A stretch of 64,000 nt of DNA from Narcine bancroftii (Eukaryota). The DNA lies in contig NC_091476.1 in the NCBI RefSeq assembly GCF_036971445.1, positions 64,914,001 to 64,978,000 on the forward strand, read 5' to 3'. A program made the position numbers and the translations under genes. Shown piece by piece: positions 22,063 to 34,976 of the stretch (positions are counted from its first letter, which is position 1; each line of letters starts with the position of its first letter). The notes below the pieces were generated by a model that saw only the letters and a list, made by a program, of their open reading frames with translations, had not been told where the DNA came from and made no database searches.

Positions 22063-25000
22063 GTGGGCATGGCAAGATGGCGTAGAAGGAAGACATGTGT
22101 TCCACCTCTCCCCAGCTGGATCATTAAATACCCGGTTTTTCAATAGTATAAAAATGATTAAAAATAAAATTTACAGTTATTTAAATAACAGTGCTTTATG
22201 ATGGCATCTAATATGAAAAAGTTTAAACCTCAGCTTCAGAAAAAACTACCATATAAAAGTGCAGAAGAATTGAGGCCTACCTGCATAGCTGAATCCATGG
22301 AGTCATTGTTGAGAGTCTCCAAGCCTCAGAGGACTCCAGCCCATTCGAGTTTGACTCCGGTGCCGATCCTGCATCTGCAAGATGGTGCCGCCACTTCGGT
22401 GAGTTCAGCTGTTGCCGACCCACATTCACATGAAGCCGTGCGTACGGGCGGCATGGCCGATAAGGGGACCCACGACCTCACTGGGCGGCCCAATGGCGTG
22501 CAGGGTAGCGTCGGAAGATGCCTCTGCACGTCCGAACGGCCTTGCCTGGCCTGTGTGTGGCATCGCGGGCCCGGGAGCTGTTGGAAAAAATTGGTGATGT
22601 GGGAGAGCCCGAACGCCGGCGTCCCAAAGAAGTCGGGGTACCGGCATCAGGTGTCCAGACCCGCAGCCATTCAAAGGACCTACAATGACTGAGGAAGAAG
22701 AGGAACTTACCTTATTGGAATTAGTCCAGGAGGAGAAGGAGCTTGCAGTTAAAGAAGGTGAATCTCAAAAAATGGAAATGGAATCTGGACTGGATTTAGT
22801 GTTCACTCTTTTGGAAGGGATTACTGGTCAAATACAGCAAATGCATAATATGTCAAAACAAATATCAACTCAAATATGACTCAACGATTTAGGAGATGAA
22901 AATAAAAATGAATACTTTGTGCGATGAAATGTCAACTGTGAAACATGAAATGACTAGTTAAAAGTGATATTAATAAATGGATAAAATCAGTTGACACTGC
23001 AAGATAATTTTAAGAAAATTGAAACAGCTTTCTCTTGAGTGTCAAGCTCAGGTCGAACATAATAGAGAAAAAAATGAAAAAAGTGGAAGGTTCTTTTGTA
23101 GATTGGGGGATTCAGAAAAGAGATTTAATAAAGAAGATTGATTCGTTGGAAAATCAAAGCCGGAGGAATAATGTGAAAATAGTTGGTCTCCCAGAGAACA
23201 TGGAAGGTGCTGACCCATTAAAAAATTTTAAGCACTGAATCCCAGAGGTGCTGAGTAAAGAGCTTTTCCCTGAAGGCTTGGAATTGGATAGGGTTCATAG
23301 AGCTCTGAGAAGACCACTTCCAAGACAAGCACCGAGAGCAGTCTTGATTCATTGTTTAAAGTATCAAGATTGTGAAATGATTTTGCGTATGGCAGTGCAG
23401 AACGCAAGACAGAATCGACCTCCATTAATGGTTCAACATAATAGGGTGCTTTTTTATGCTGATTTGAGTCAAGAGGTTATTAGAAGTTGATGGGAATTTA
23501 ATACGGCTAAAGGCATTTTGTGGCAAAAAGGTTACAAGTTTGCTTTTCGTTATCCTGCAATTTTGAAGGTTTTCTATGGAAATTTTCAATCTCAATTTTT
23601 TGAGAATGATCATGATGCTTTGGTTTTTGCCAATTCTTTGCTGGAATTGCGAAGAAATGGACCTTCTCCTCAGTTATCTCCTAAGAGGAGAGTAAACAGA
23701 AATGAGAATGGACATGAGAATCGAAATTATGGAAAGAAAGAACAGATAACATGAAGTCTTCTTGATGTTGAAGATCCGGAGCAGTTGTTGGGCTTGGAAT
23801 CATTGGGCTGAATATATGGACTATATTCAATTGTGTTTGATTAAATAATTAATACGTATCTGGCTGTGAGGGGGTGGGGGTGAATGACACTGAAAACCAC
23901 CAGTGGGTTTACCACACCCAGTTTTTTAGGGTATTACTACCTTTGGGTGGGTTTTTTTTTTCTTTTTTGAGGGTTTTTTTTCTTTGGAAGAATTGTAGAG
24001 GGGAGCATTATTTTATAGTGTGTAAATATATTAGTAGTTTAAAAAGATGTCTCAATTGAATTTTGCAACTTTTAATGTGCAGGGGTTAAATAATCAATTT
24101 AAGAGAAAGAGAATATTGGCATATTAAAAAAAATGAAAATTGATATTGCTTTTTTACAATAAACACTTTTGACTGAGAAAGAACATTTAAAATTGAAAAG
24201 GGATTGGGTTGGTTATGTTTTTTCTTTTAATTCTAAGTGAAGAGGAGTAGTGATTTTGATTCATAAAAATTTACCCTTTGAATTGGAATCTTCAGAGGAG
24301 TATGCTGGCAGAGTATTAAGAGTGAATTGTAAAATTTTTGCTGAATTGTGGACTTTGTTGAATCTTTATGCCCCTAATATAGATGATGAGCGGTTTATTT
24401 CAGAAGCTTTTTTATTGTTAACTCAAGCTAATGAAAATGTTTTAGTTGGTGGTGATTTTAACTGTGTGCTTGGCCCTTTTTTAGATAGAAATCCGAAAAG
24501 TATAAAGAAATCAAAGATGGCAACACAAATTAATGCGTTAATGAAAGATTTAAATTTGGTGGATATTTGGAGAAAAGCTAACCCCACAGAGAAAGATTTT
24601 TCTTTTTATTCTTCGAGACATGATTCGTTTTCTAGAATTTATTTATTTTTGGTGTCAGCAATTTACAAGGTAGAGTATTACGAGCTGAAGATAAAAGTAG
24701 AGTTATATCAGACCATTCACTATTATTTTTTTCTTGTGAAAGTTCGGAGGTACTACGTTCGTTGTTTAGATGGAGGTTTAATGTAATGTTATTGAAGAAA
24801 CCAGTTTGTTATTTTTGTTAAAGAGCAGATTTCTTTATTTTTGACTGAAAATGTTAATTCTATGGATAGTCTTTTTGTAATATGGGATGCTTTAAAAGCT
24901 TATTTGAGAGGGCAGATCATTAGTTATTCTATGAAACTTAAGAAACGATATATGGCAGAAAGTTCAGAGTTAGAAAATAAAATTGCTGAGTTAGAGAAGG

Positions 25001-26213
25001 ATTTTCAGAAAGGTGTAACAGAAGATTTTTTAAAAAGTTGCATTAAAGAGGTTGAAATTACATATAATACTTTACAAACATCAGTTTGAGCGCTTAATTA
25101 ATCGATCTAAACAATGTTATTGTGAGTTGGGGAAAAGAGCTCATAAGGTACTTGCTTGCCAATTGAAAGCTGAATAGGTGTCTTGAACCATTAATGCTGT
25201 TAAGAAGAATTCAAGCCTCAGGAAATTAATGACTAGTTTTATTCATTTTATCAAAAATTATATACTTCTGAGGGGAAACAGGATAATGGTTCTAGTGATT
25301 CTTACTTATCTAAATTAAAGTTACCGGTATTAGATGGAAATGATGTTCAGGCATTGGAATCTCCATTTATGGATTTTGAAATTAAGGAAGCTATTCAGGA
25401 AATTCCAAATGGAAAGTCCCCAGGGGACGATGGATTCCCTGTGGAAATTTATAAACTTTTTTATGATGATTTTTCGAATGAATTTGGAGAAGTGTTGAAT
25501 CAAGTTACTGAAGATCAGAAGTTACCAGAATCATGTTCTTGTGCTTTCATAACTGTCATTCCAAAAGAAGATAGAGATCCATTAAAAGTGTCTTCGTATA
25601 GACCTATTTCTTTATTAAATGTGGATTATAAAATTATAGCGAAAGTATTAGCTAATAGACTTGCTAAATATTTGCCTAAATTGGTACATATTTGATCAAA
25701 CTGGTTTTATTAAGAATAGAAATGCATTAAACAAAATATTTTGATTAATTACTTTGGTCAATGCTTATCAAAAGCAACCTGACCATCTTATGGTGGTTGC
25801 ATTAGATGCAGAAAAAGCTTTTGATAAGTTTGAGTGGGATTTTTTACTTAAAATGTTAGAGAAATTTAAATTCGGCCCTTTTTTTTATTGGTTGGGTTAA
25901 GGCTTTATATACGAACCCGATTGCTAGGGTGGTGACAAATGACAGATTTCTTTGCCATTTAAATTGACTCGTTCAACTTGACAGGGCTGCCCACTGTAAC
26001 CAGCTTATTTGCATTGGTTATTGAACCATTAGCTCAGGCTATTAGACAAAATGAAGAAATTGGAGGGATGAGTGTTAAGAATGAAGAATATAAAATTAAC
26101 TTATTTGCGGATGACGTGTTGGTATACCTGACAGAATCGGAACGATCGTTAAAACAACTGCAAGAGTGTTTGTTGAAATTTGGAGAATTATCAGGATATA
26201 AAGTTTTTAAAAA
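22063..26213 (+). mobile_element. L1 of a second family, 5'-intact, truncated inside RT, with 14-bp TSD
   Basis: 5' GGCAAGATGGCG; ORF1 remnants ENQSRRNNVKIVGL and ELDRVHR; ORF2 from 24048 with VGGDFN, YRPISLLNVDYKI, LDAEKAFD and LFADDVL; ends at SGYKV plus A7; TSD AATATTCTACCTTT at 22049-22062 and 26214-26227. Confidence 0.9.
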
Positions 26214-28353
26214 AATATTCTACCTTTTGAACTCTAGCTTGTAACTGTGCAGAAACTATAAACATATTTATATGTGAATATGTTTTATGTTTAAAAGAAT
26301 AAAAAGAATAGTCCCTTATCACTTGGATGAGTTCATCTTCAAATATCTTTCATTAAATCTGTAGCAATCTAGCTATATCCCATATCTTTCATTAAATCTG
26401 TAGCAATCTAGCTACTTTACATTTTATAAATTTTACTACCCTATCTGACTTTGGATCTGAGGTAAAATTGAAATCTCCTATTAATATTTTTCCTTTTGGA
26501 CTCATTAATTGCAGAAATATGTCTTATATAAATTTTCCATCATCTGCATTTGGTGCATAAACATTCAATAAAGTCCAATATTCTTAATAGATTTGACAAG
26601 TAACCATTACATATCTATAGTTGTATTTAATATTCTAATTGGTAAATTTTTATGTATTAACATTGCCACACCTCTAGCTTTTGAATTAAATGAAGATGCC
26701 AAATCCAATCCAATCTCTTTTCAACTTTTGATGCTCCTTTTCCGTCAAATAAATTTCTTGCAATATCTGCTTTTTTTAAATATATAGTAACTTTTTTCTG
26801 TTTTATTTGATTCTGTATTCCATTTATATTAATACTAGCAAAATTTAATTTCCCTGCCATCAGGTACCTCTATAAAATCCTTTGTCCATCCATCCACCAT
26901 CTCTAACTTTCACAGTGTTAGCAACATATCTAGTATTATTCTTAATTAATCTAGGTGTACAACAATAAGAAACAAATATTTAAAAAAAAACAAAAGAAAG
27001 AGGAAAAAAAATCCCGCCAAAAGATACATGATGTTTTAACAGCTTTAACTTCCTGATCTATACAAGTTGTGGTAAAAACCACACTTGCTTGGATGATTCC
27101 ACAGTAGTCAGCTCCATTTTCCCAACTAACTCACTTGAAATACAATACATTCCCTATTACATAATGACTATTCATTCTTATTCATTCAAGAATTCAAGAA
27201 TCTTTTTAAACATATATCTTCCACCCATTTAAACCCTCTTGAAATTTTCAGTTACATCTTAACTCTTTCACACTCATAGGGACCTTTCAAGTATCAACAG
27301 CCACTTGCCCACTCCCCCCCCCTCTCTCTCTGGCAAAGAATCAGCATACTCCTTTGCCTCATTAGACTCCTCAAAGAATCTCCTTTTTCCATAATACATT
27401 TTTTACTGCATTAAATTCCTTTCTATTTTTTAACAAATCAAAACTTGTATCAGGGTAAAAGAAAATCATACTCCCGTTTTAAACCAAAGGCAATTGTCTT
27501 TTTTTTGCCTGTTTAGCTGCCAGTTCTACGATTTCTTTTACTTCATAACGAAGAAATTTAACAAGTATCAGACAAGGTTTCTGATTTGGTTGTGGCTTTG
27601 GTCTCAGTGCTCTCTCAATCTCGACATCTCCTTGGAATTCAGTTACTCCTAAAGTTTCCGGAATCAAACTTCTTGATTTCCTGTCCTTTATCGCCTTCTT
27701 TAAGTCCAACAATCTTTATGTTATTCCTTCTGAAATTTTCTAAAGTGTCTATTTTTTGCATTAGTTGTTCTTATGTTGCAGCTGCATCAGCTTGTACCAC
27801 CTTATTTGTTCCTTAATACCTTGAATTTCAAATTCATTTCCTTTAATTTTTTCATCTATAACTTCAAATCTTTTGTCCACCTCCTGCATCTTTTTTCCCA
27901 CTTTCTTTGTAAAACTTATTTTCAGCTATATTCGCTCCACATTTCTTAACTTCTTCTGTTAATAACATTCTTAGATTGCAGGAAATTATCCATGTAATTC
28001 TTCATATCAGCTGTCTCTTTCATTTTTCCCATCATTCTGTCCATAAATCCTTCTTCAGAGTGTTTTTCTTGCTCTTCTTCCTGTCCACTGGAGCTAGAAG
28101 CCTCTTGAGCCTTTTTTTAAAACTGCCTCCTCTTTTTTTTAAACACTGCACATGCACAACTCCTCACACATGTGCAGAGTCGCTTCTTCACCTGCAGCAG
28201 GCAGCCGTTGTCAGGAGAGACCCTGCACAGCAATCTCCAAGGTCTCTCCAGCTCCCGGCTTGTCTCCCTTTGGCCAGTACCTTATGCACAGCTCCTGGAT
28301 CCTTCCTCAAGGTGGGCTTCTCTTCTTTACCTTGCTCCATTTCTTGTGTTACT

Positions 28354-29342
28354 ATGCCGCTTTAGTTGCCCATTCAGAGCCAGCTCTTCAGCGCTTGACG
28401 TCCTGCTTTGCGGAAACTTCCAAAATGTTTGGCCTGGAAGTCAGCCTGAAGAAAACTGAGGTCCTCCATCAGCCAGCTCCCCACCATGACTACCAGCCCC
28501 CCCACATCTCCATCGGGCACACTAAACTCAAAACGGTCAACCAGTTTACCTATCTCGGCTGCACCATTTCATAGGATGCAAGGATCGACAACGAGATAGA
28601 CAACAGACTCGCCAAGGCAAATAGCGCCTTTGGAAGACTACACAAAAGAGTCTTGAAAAACATCCAACTGAAAAACCTCACAAAGATAAGTGTATACAGA
28701 GCCGTTGTCATACCCACACTCCTGTTCGGCTCCGAATCATGAGTCCTCTACCGGCACCACCTACGGCTCCTAGAACGCTTCCACCAGCGTTGTCTCCGCT
28801 CCATCCTCAACATCCATTGGAGCGCTTACATCCCTAACGTCGAAGTACTCGAGATGGCAGAGGTCGACAGCATCGATTCCACGCTGCTGAAGATCCAGCT
28901 GCGCTGGATGGGTCACGTCTCCAGAATGGAGGACCATCGCCTTCCCAAGATCGTGTTATATGGCGAGCTCTCCACTGGCCACCGTGACAGAGGTGCACCA
29001 AAGAAAAGGTACAAGGACTGCCTAAAGAAATCTCTTGGTGCCTGCCACATTGACCACCGCCAGTGGGCTGATAACGCCTCAAACCGTGCATCTTGGCGCC
29101 TCACAGTTTGGCGGGCAGCAACCTCCTTTGAAGAAGACCGCAGAGCCCACCTCACTGACAAAAGGCAAAGGAGGAAAAACCCAACACCCAACCCCAACCA
29201 ACCAATTTTCCCCTGCAACCGCTGCAATCGTGTCTGCCTGTCCCGCATCGGACTTGTCAGCCACAAACGAGCATTCAGCTGACGTGGACTTTTTACCACC
29301 TCCATAAATCTTCGTCCGCGAAGCCAAGCCAAAGAAGAAGAA
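28354..29342 (+). mobile_element. RTE (BovB-like) LINE 3' end, 5'-truncated, young
   Basis: AALVAHSE..LQRL...FGLEVSLKKTEVL; QLRWMGHVSRMEDHRLPKIVLYGEL...KRYKDCLK; terminal CxxC zinc finger; (GAA)n tail. Confidence 0.9.
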
Positions 29343-29549
29343 CAGCTGGTTTTTCTTTCTTTGGTGGCATTTTAAATTATTCTTTAAATCTTCAAAAACT
29401 TCTCTCTTCTATTTTCCTTAATTTTTTCAATAATTTTTACTCTTTTTTTCTCAACTTTTTCGAGGATAGCAGGGATTTCCAGTCTAACTCTACGTCATCA
29501 TGTGACACCCCCCCTCACGACAATAAATTCTGACTCCTTTACAAAGGCC

Positions 29550-29755
29550 TTAGAACCATAGAACATTGCACCACAGAAGCAGGCCCTTCAGCCCAACTAT
29601 TATTTTGCCTCGTCCCATTGACCTGCACCCATCCGTGTACCTGTCCACATTTTTCTTAAATGTTAAAATTAAGACTATATTCACCACTTCATCTGGCAGC
29701 TCTCTACTCTGCGTGAATAAGTTCCCAAATTTCCTTTTAAATCTTTCACCCTTTT
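29550..29755 (-). mobile_element. CR1 LINE 3' tail
   Basis: AGAACCATAGAAC...AGGCCCTTCAGCCC...TTCACCACTTCATCTGGCAGC pattern. Confidence 0.6.
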
Positions 29756-30084
29756 CTTCTTATTGCGATATTGACAATGACATTTATCATTACCTTCAGT
29801 ACACAGCATAATCTTTGGCCATCTAAGGAACAGTGTGCTTGAAGATAATCCAAACATAAAGCTTGTACTCCATTGAGCAGCAGCAATCCCTGCTTTCCTG
29901 TATGCTTCTGAAACAGGACAACTGACAGCAGATGCCTGAAATCACAGGAGAAGGAATACCAATGTCCAGCCTCCTGCATTTTCTCCTAGGTATAAAGCCC
30001 CTTTTGTTTCTTTCTCTCCCCCCCTCCCCTACCATCACCTCTGATCATTGCTACTTTTTAAAAAAAATTTAAATTTAATTTAAT

Positions 30085-30292
30085 TTATTAAATTTAGATG
30101 TCCAGCACAGTAACAGGCCCTTTCAGCCCACAAGTCCATGCCACCCAATTGACCTACAACCCCCAGTATGTTTTGAATGGTGGGAGGAAACAAGAGCCCC
30201 TGGAGGAAACCCACGCAGACACGGGTTGAATGTATAAACTCTGAGATTCGAATCACTGGTGCAATGACAGCGTTGCGCTAACCGTGCTGCCC
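30085..30292 (-). mobile_element. V-SINE
   Basis: Same V-domain as 4160-4400 (GGTGGGAGGAAAC..GAGC...GGAAACCCACGCAGACACGG). Confidence 0.75.
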
Positions 30293-30749
30293 CGTACAAC
30301 CCGTATTGCTGCTTTACCACCATACTTTCTTTGGATCACTTGGTAGGTTCCTAAAATATTCAAACAAATTACAGATGGCACATTACCTTATTAAGAAAAC
30401 ATGCATCAAGTTGAGCAAATGGTTCAAGTGATTGGCTCCTTGTACAATGCCCATCTGATACAACCTTATTGCACTAAAATTTCTTCACCTGTGCATAAGA
30501 TGTCATTGAATGAATGTTTTATTTTCAGATTTATTGTCAGAGTACAACTTGATATCACATACAACCTTGAGATTCTTTTTCCTGTGGGCCAGGCAGAATT
30601 ACCACTTATTGGTAATGCAAAAAAAAAGCTCTACTCAGTGTACACATGCAAACAAATAACTTAGTGACCCCATTTACAAATCTGAGATCCTTTATATACT
30701 TCACTAAATGCTTGGGTAACCTATCTTGCAAGCATGAGATGTTTAATTT

Positions 30750-31212
30750 CCATATATGCTGGTGTGTAGAACAATACAAAACTAAAAACCACGCATCCAA
30801 ATCAGGGTAATCTTGTACACCAGTCTAAAATCCGACCCTTGACAGCCAAGTCTCAACACCATTGCCATCTTCCCCCTCCCCCTCTATACTCTAACCCTAT
30901 CCTGCCTGCTCTGACTCAAGTGACCCGGTCAGGCCTTTGGCACACTTTCCTTGTGCTGACAACCCAGCTCACCTCCACTCAGGTGTCCCAGTCAAGCCCT
31001 CGGCACTCCTTCCTCACATGTTTATTTTAAAATATGCTAATAAAATTTACACCTTTACTGGGTAATTTGGTATTAAAATATTGTGACAGCATCTCTCCAT
31101 TAGTCAGTGTTACGTGCCAGATTTAGGGAGTCATCCTATAGAAATGGTATAGCTCAAAACCTACATTTTAAATGGAAAATCTGGGGGTCATCCTATACAC
31201 TGACATATACGG
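30750..31212. mobile_element. TcMar (Tc2-like) MITE about 200 bp upstream of the AHNAK ATG exon
   Basis: Termini CCATATATGCTGGTGTGTAGA and CTATACACTGACATATACGG followed by TA. Confidence 0.55.
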
Positions 31213-31414
31213 TACAAATACGTTCAAATTTTTTGCTTTTGTCCTCTCTTTAATATGTGTTGCTTCTCATTTTTCAAATCAGAATATAAGACCTAATGCT
31301 TTTCCTGGTCTCTTGCACTGATCTCATGCCACAACAGTAACTTTCCAGTCAGCACTACTTCTGCCATGTATAATTAGTTGAGTAAAAATACTGTGTTCCC
31401 TCTTGTATCTGCAG

Positions 31415-31568
31415 ATGGCTAAAAAAGACGATGATTTAGATGTGTTGCTCCCAAACTGGTCAGGAGCTGCCGCACATGGATTCACTATAAGTGGCCGTGA
31501 TGAAGGGATCTTCATCAAGGATGTGGAGGAGAACTCAGCAGTCGGAAAGAGTGGAGTAATGAAGGAAG
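31415..31568 (+). CDS. AHNAK: AHNAK first coding exon (N-terminal half of PDZ domain)
   Basis: Acceptor TCTTGTATCTGCAG is directly followed by ATG at 31415; donor AAG|GTAAGA at 31569. The 154 nt translate to MAKKDDDLDVLLPNWSGAAAHGFTISGRDEGIFIKDVEENSAVGKSGVMKE(G), matching the AHNAK N-terminus (LLPNWxG...HGxTI...KEGDQIV). Confidence 0.95.
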
Positions 31569-31731
31569 GTAAGATCCCTGCTGCTCAACTGATGGTCTTC
31601 CTTCAAATAGAATATAGAAGTAGGAGCAGACCCTTCAGCCCACCATGTCCCTGGTGACCATGGTAAACTGCACATCTGCTTGCACATGGTCTATATCTCT
31701 TTATTTTGCATGCCTCTCATAATTTTATATA

Positions 31732-32594
31732 CAGTACGTTTCCCCTTATCTGAAATTCCATTAACCAAAATGATCCATTAACCAAAGTTTTTTGTGGCAC
31801 TGACATGACCATAGAATGCTACAGCACAGAAAATAGGCTATTTGGCCCTTCTGTGCTGATCATTATTCTGCTAGTCGCATTGACCTACTCCCATTCCATA
31901 ACCCTCCAGACCTCTCCCATCCATGTATCTATCCAATTTATCCTTAAAACTTAAGATCAAGCCTGCATTCATCACATCAGATGGCAGCTTGATCCCACCA
32001 CTCTGAGTGAAGAACTACCCCCGAATGCTCCCCCAATCTTTCTCCTTTCACCCTAAAGCCATGGCCTCTTGTATTTATCTCCCCCATCTGCGGAAAAAGC
32101 CTACTCAAATCCACTTTGTCTAGAACTCTCATAATCTTGTAAACTTCCATGAAATCTCTCATTCTTCTTCACTAAAATCCTAACCTGTTTAACCTTTCTC
32201 TGTAACTCAACACCTGAAGACATCATAAATTGAAAAAAATTTATCACGCGACTTGCCCATATGGGGCTGATATTCTGTTGGTGCCATCTTGATAACAACA
32301 GAGCTCTCATGTATTGTACAAAGATGAAAAAGCCTGTGAGGAGAATTTCTAGTGTTTGGTACTGCATTTATCTTATTTTGTAAGCAGAGATCAAGTTGTT
32401 TTTTGGTATGTACAGTATTAAACATTATTTCATGCTCAAAAAGCCTGCCGTTGTTTTTTTTTGTTGTTATTTAACTATACAAGAATTCTGCTGATGCTAC
32501 TGAGCTGCTTAACGCCATTGTTCTATTAACCGAAAAAACCTAATAACCGAAAACAGTCCAGCCCCAAACTTTTCAGATATGGGGAAACGTACTG
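31732..32594. mobile_element. Tigger-like MITE with a nested CR1 tail (about 31805-32220), itself inserted in a CR1 fragment
   Basis: 24-bp TIR CAGTACGTTTCCCC(T/A)TATCTGAAA with one mismatch; TA on both sides. Confidence 0.8.
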
Positions 32595-33044
32595 TACTTT
32601 CATCAGGTAGTACCTCTTGGCCTCTGCTGCTGCAGTAAAAACAACCCCAGGTTTGTCCATCCTGTGGTAGCTTTAATCCAGGCAGCATCCTGGTAAGCCT
32701 CTTTTGTACCCTCTCCCAGTGCTTTCACATTCTTCCTGAAATACAATGACTGGAACTGCACATCTGCCCCATAAGTAATCAAAACTTCACAAGTTTCTTC
32801 ACGATCCTGAACTTTGCCAACTCTTGTGTCACGTGACACAAACGCAAATGAGCCCACCTCCATTTTCGCCTGATTCATAAAAGAACAGAGGCACTAGCAC
32901 AGATCCTGGCGAAAAACCACTGATCACAGACCACTGGTCAGAATAGGACCCCTCCACCACTACCTCTGTCTTCTATGGGCAAGCTAATTTTGAACCCTAT
33001 CTACTTAGTCACTGTGCCTTCAATTGTTACCTCCTCAAAATACT

Positions 33045-33711
33045 TGTTACGAGCCCAGAGGACCCCAAAACCCAACAGCAATAGATATTCACCAAGACAA
33101 ATGGTTACCTAAACAAAAGTTTAATTATCTTTAAACATGAAAACAGGATCAAACTTTAACTTATCACTATTAACTTAACTAACCTAACTTAACCCCCCTT
33201 CTAATTCTAAGCACACATGTATGTAATGTGTATGTAAGTTCAGAAAAGTTATTTGATACATTCCTCCAAGTTTACTGGTTGCAGGCAATTCTTAGACTGT
33301 GCACAGAATTGAACATTTATGAAGTTCACCAGGCTTTGGTGCTAGAAAGGTAAATAGTTGCTGCTCAGGAAGGTTCTTGTTGGTTTTCAGAGAGAGATTT
33401 GTTGTTCGCTGAACACCCACAACTGATTCTTGTAACCAGCCACTTCAGTGTCTTGCTGAAGAAACTTGCCCCCTTAGGGTTGCCCAAATGATAACCTCTT
33501 TCTTTCAAGTCACCACAGAGTTCCTTTTTGATTTGCTTATTCCAAGAGAAACATTAGATAGGCAGTCCTCTCCTCTTGCATGAACCACAAAGGCTTTGAC
33601 CAGGCTGAATCAAGCACTTACCACCCGTCTTCCACATGGGGTTTTCCACAAGCTTGCCAGCTTGTCCTGTTCCAGTCCCAGCTGCTGCTGCTAACTGTGA
33701 AACTGTAGAAC

Positions 33712-33751
<40 letters not shown>

Positions 33752-34059
33752 TAGAGAAAGCCTGTTTTACTCTCTCTGCTTGCAAAACTACATGACCCTC
33801 TTAGAACAGCAAGTTCCACTCCAGACAACCTGTGGCTCTGACTTCTTTCATTTGTTGCCTTGTTGTAAACAACAATCCATTAGTGAAGTCTCTTTGGGCA
33901 TTCTCCAAAGCTTTTGCAAAGGCTCTTGGAGTTGGCCTGTCAAGCATGAGCAGAGCTCCAATATTTTAAATAAGATCTGTTTTAAAGAGTTTGTATGTGA
34001 CCTACATTAAAAAACCTGTCCCAATTTATATCCCAAAAACATATTTATACTCTGTCACA
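33045..34059. mobile_element. Solo LTR (Gypsy-type, about 1 kb)
   Basis: TGTTAC...GTCACA termini; 4-bp flanks TACT and AACT; interrupts a CR1 fragment; internal (TC)n(CA)n tract at about 33717-33751. Confidence 0.65.
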
Positions 34060-34394
34060 AACTCAAATCATATTTGTATGAGTTCCGGTTGAGCCACATT
34101 GACCATCCCTAAAATTAAACATTTTTTTCCAAATGTGGGTAGATCCTAACCTTAACAGTCTTTCCCAATAATTTCCCTAGCATCAATGTATTGCTCATTA
34201 GTCTTTATTTTCCTGGTTTCTCCCTATTGCCTTTCTTGGACAAAGTGACAACTTTTGGCTATTCTCTAATCCTCTAGGACATTGCCTGGGACTATGCAAT
34301 ACCCCAGCATTTATACAGTATACAAACAGGCTTGAGAAACCCACTAGGTCATGTAGCATCCACACTTTAGTCTCACTTTTTAATCGTTAAATTT

Positions 34395-34610
34395 TTAATT
34401 TAATTTCGACATACAGCATGGTAACAGGCCCTTCTGGTCCATGGACCCATGCCACTCAATTGCCCATAAATGACCTACAACCCCTGTACATTTTGAAGGG
34501 TGGGAGGAAACCCTCGCAGACACGAAAGAATGTACAGACTCCTTATAGTCAGTGCTGAATTCGAACCTGGGTTGCTGTCACTCTAACAGCATTGCATTAA
34601 TTGTGTTGCT
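34395..34610 (-). mobile_element. V-SINE (decayed)
   Basis: GGTAACAGGCCCTTCTGG...GTGGGAGGAAACC...TTCGAACC, similar to 4160-4400. Confidence 0.65.
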
Positions 34611-34976
34611 CATGTTACATTTGTAATCCAAAAAGAATTCTTATTTTGATAATTATGAATGGTTACATTTTATTACCAATCGGGAAAATGTCTTGTAGTG
34701 ATGAATTTTTTTAAAAACTGCTTATCTAAATGCCATGATTACTCGGATATTTGTAGAATTTCCCATTTACAGAATTTAAAATACATATGAATTAGCAGTT
34801 GGAGTTGGCCACTTGGTCCCAGAAGCTTGCTTTACCATTCAGTAAGTTCGTGACTGATTGCAACACCAACAACATTTCTGCCAGCCTGTGCTAACATTTC
34901 ATCCCTTCGCTTATCAAGTACTATATCTACCTCTAATTCAAAAATATCCAAGCATGCTGCTACTTCTGCCATCATT

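Larger units (their letters stand above)
18828..29514 (-). mobile_element. Old full-length L1 (about 5.5 kb when reassembled) carrying two nested insertions
   Basis: 5' end GGGGGTGTCACATGATG near 29514; ORF1 remnants (ATG 29370; EIERALRPKPQ...LVKFLRY); ORF2 start MAGKLNFASININGI at 26860; RT and C-terminal remnants in 19000-22000; TSD TCA(T/C)GACAATAAATT at 18813-18827 and 29515-29529. Confidence 0.85.

Noticed and set aside
22380-22680. CpG island as the AHNAK promoter
   Set aside because: It lies inside the TSD-flanked 22063-26213 L1. The host promoter and first exon were not identified and may lie upstream of the window.
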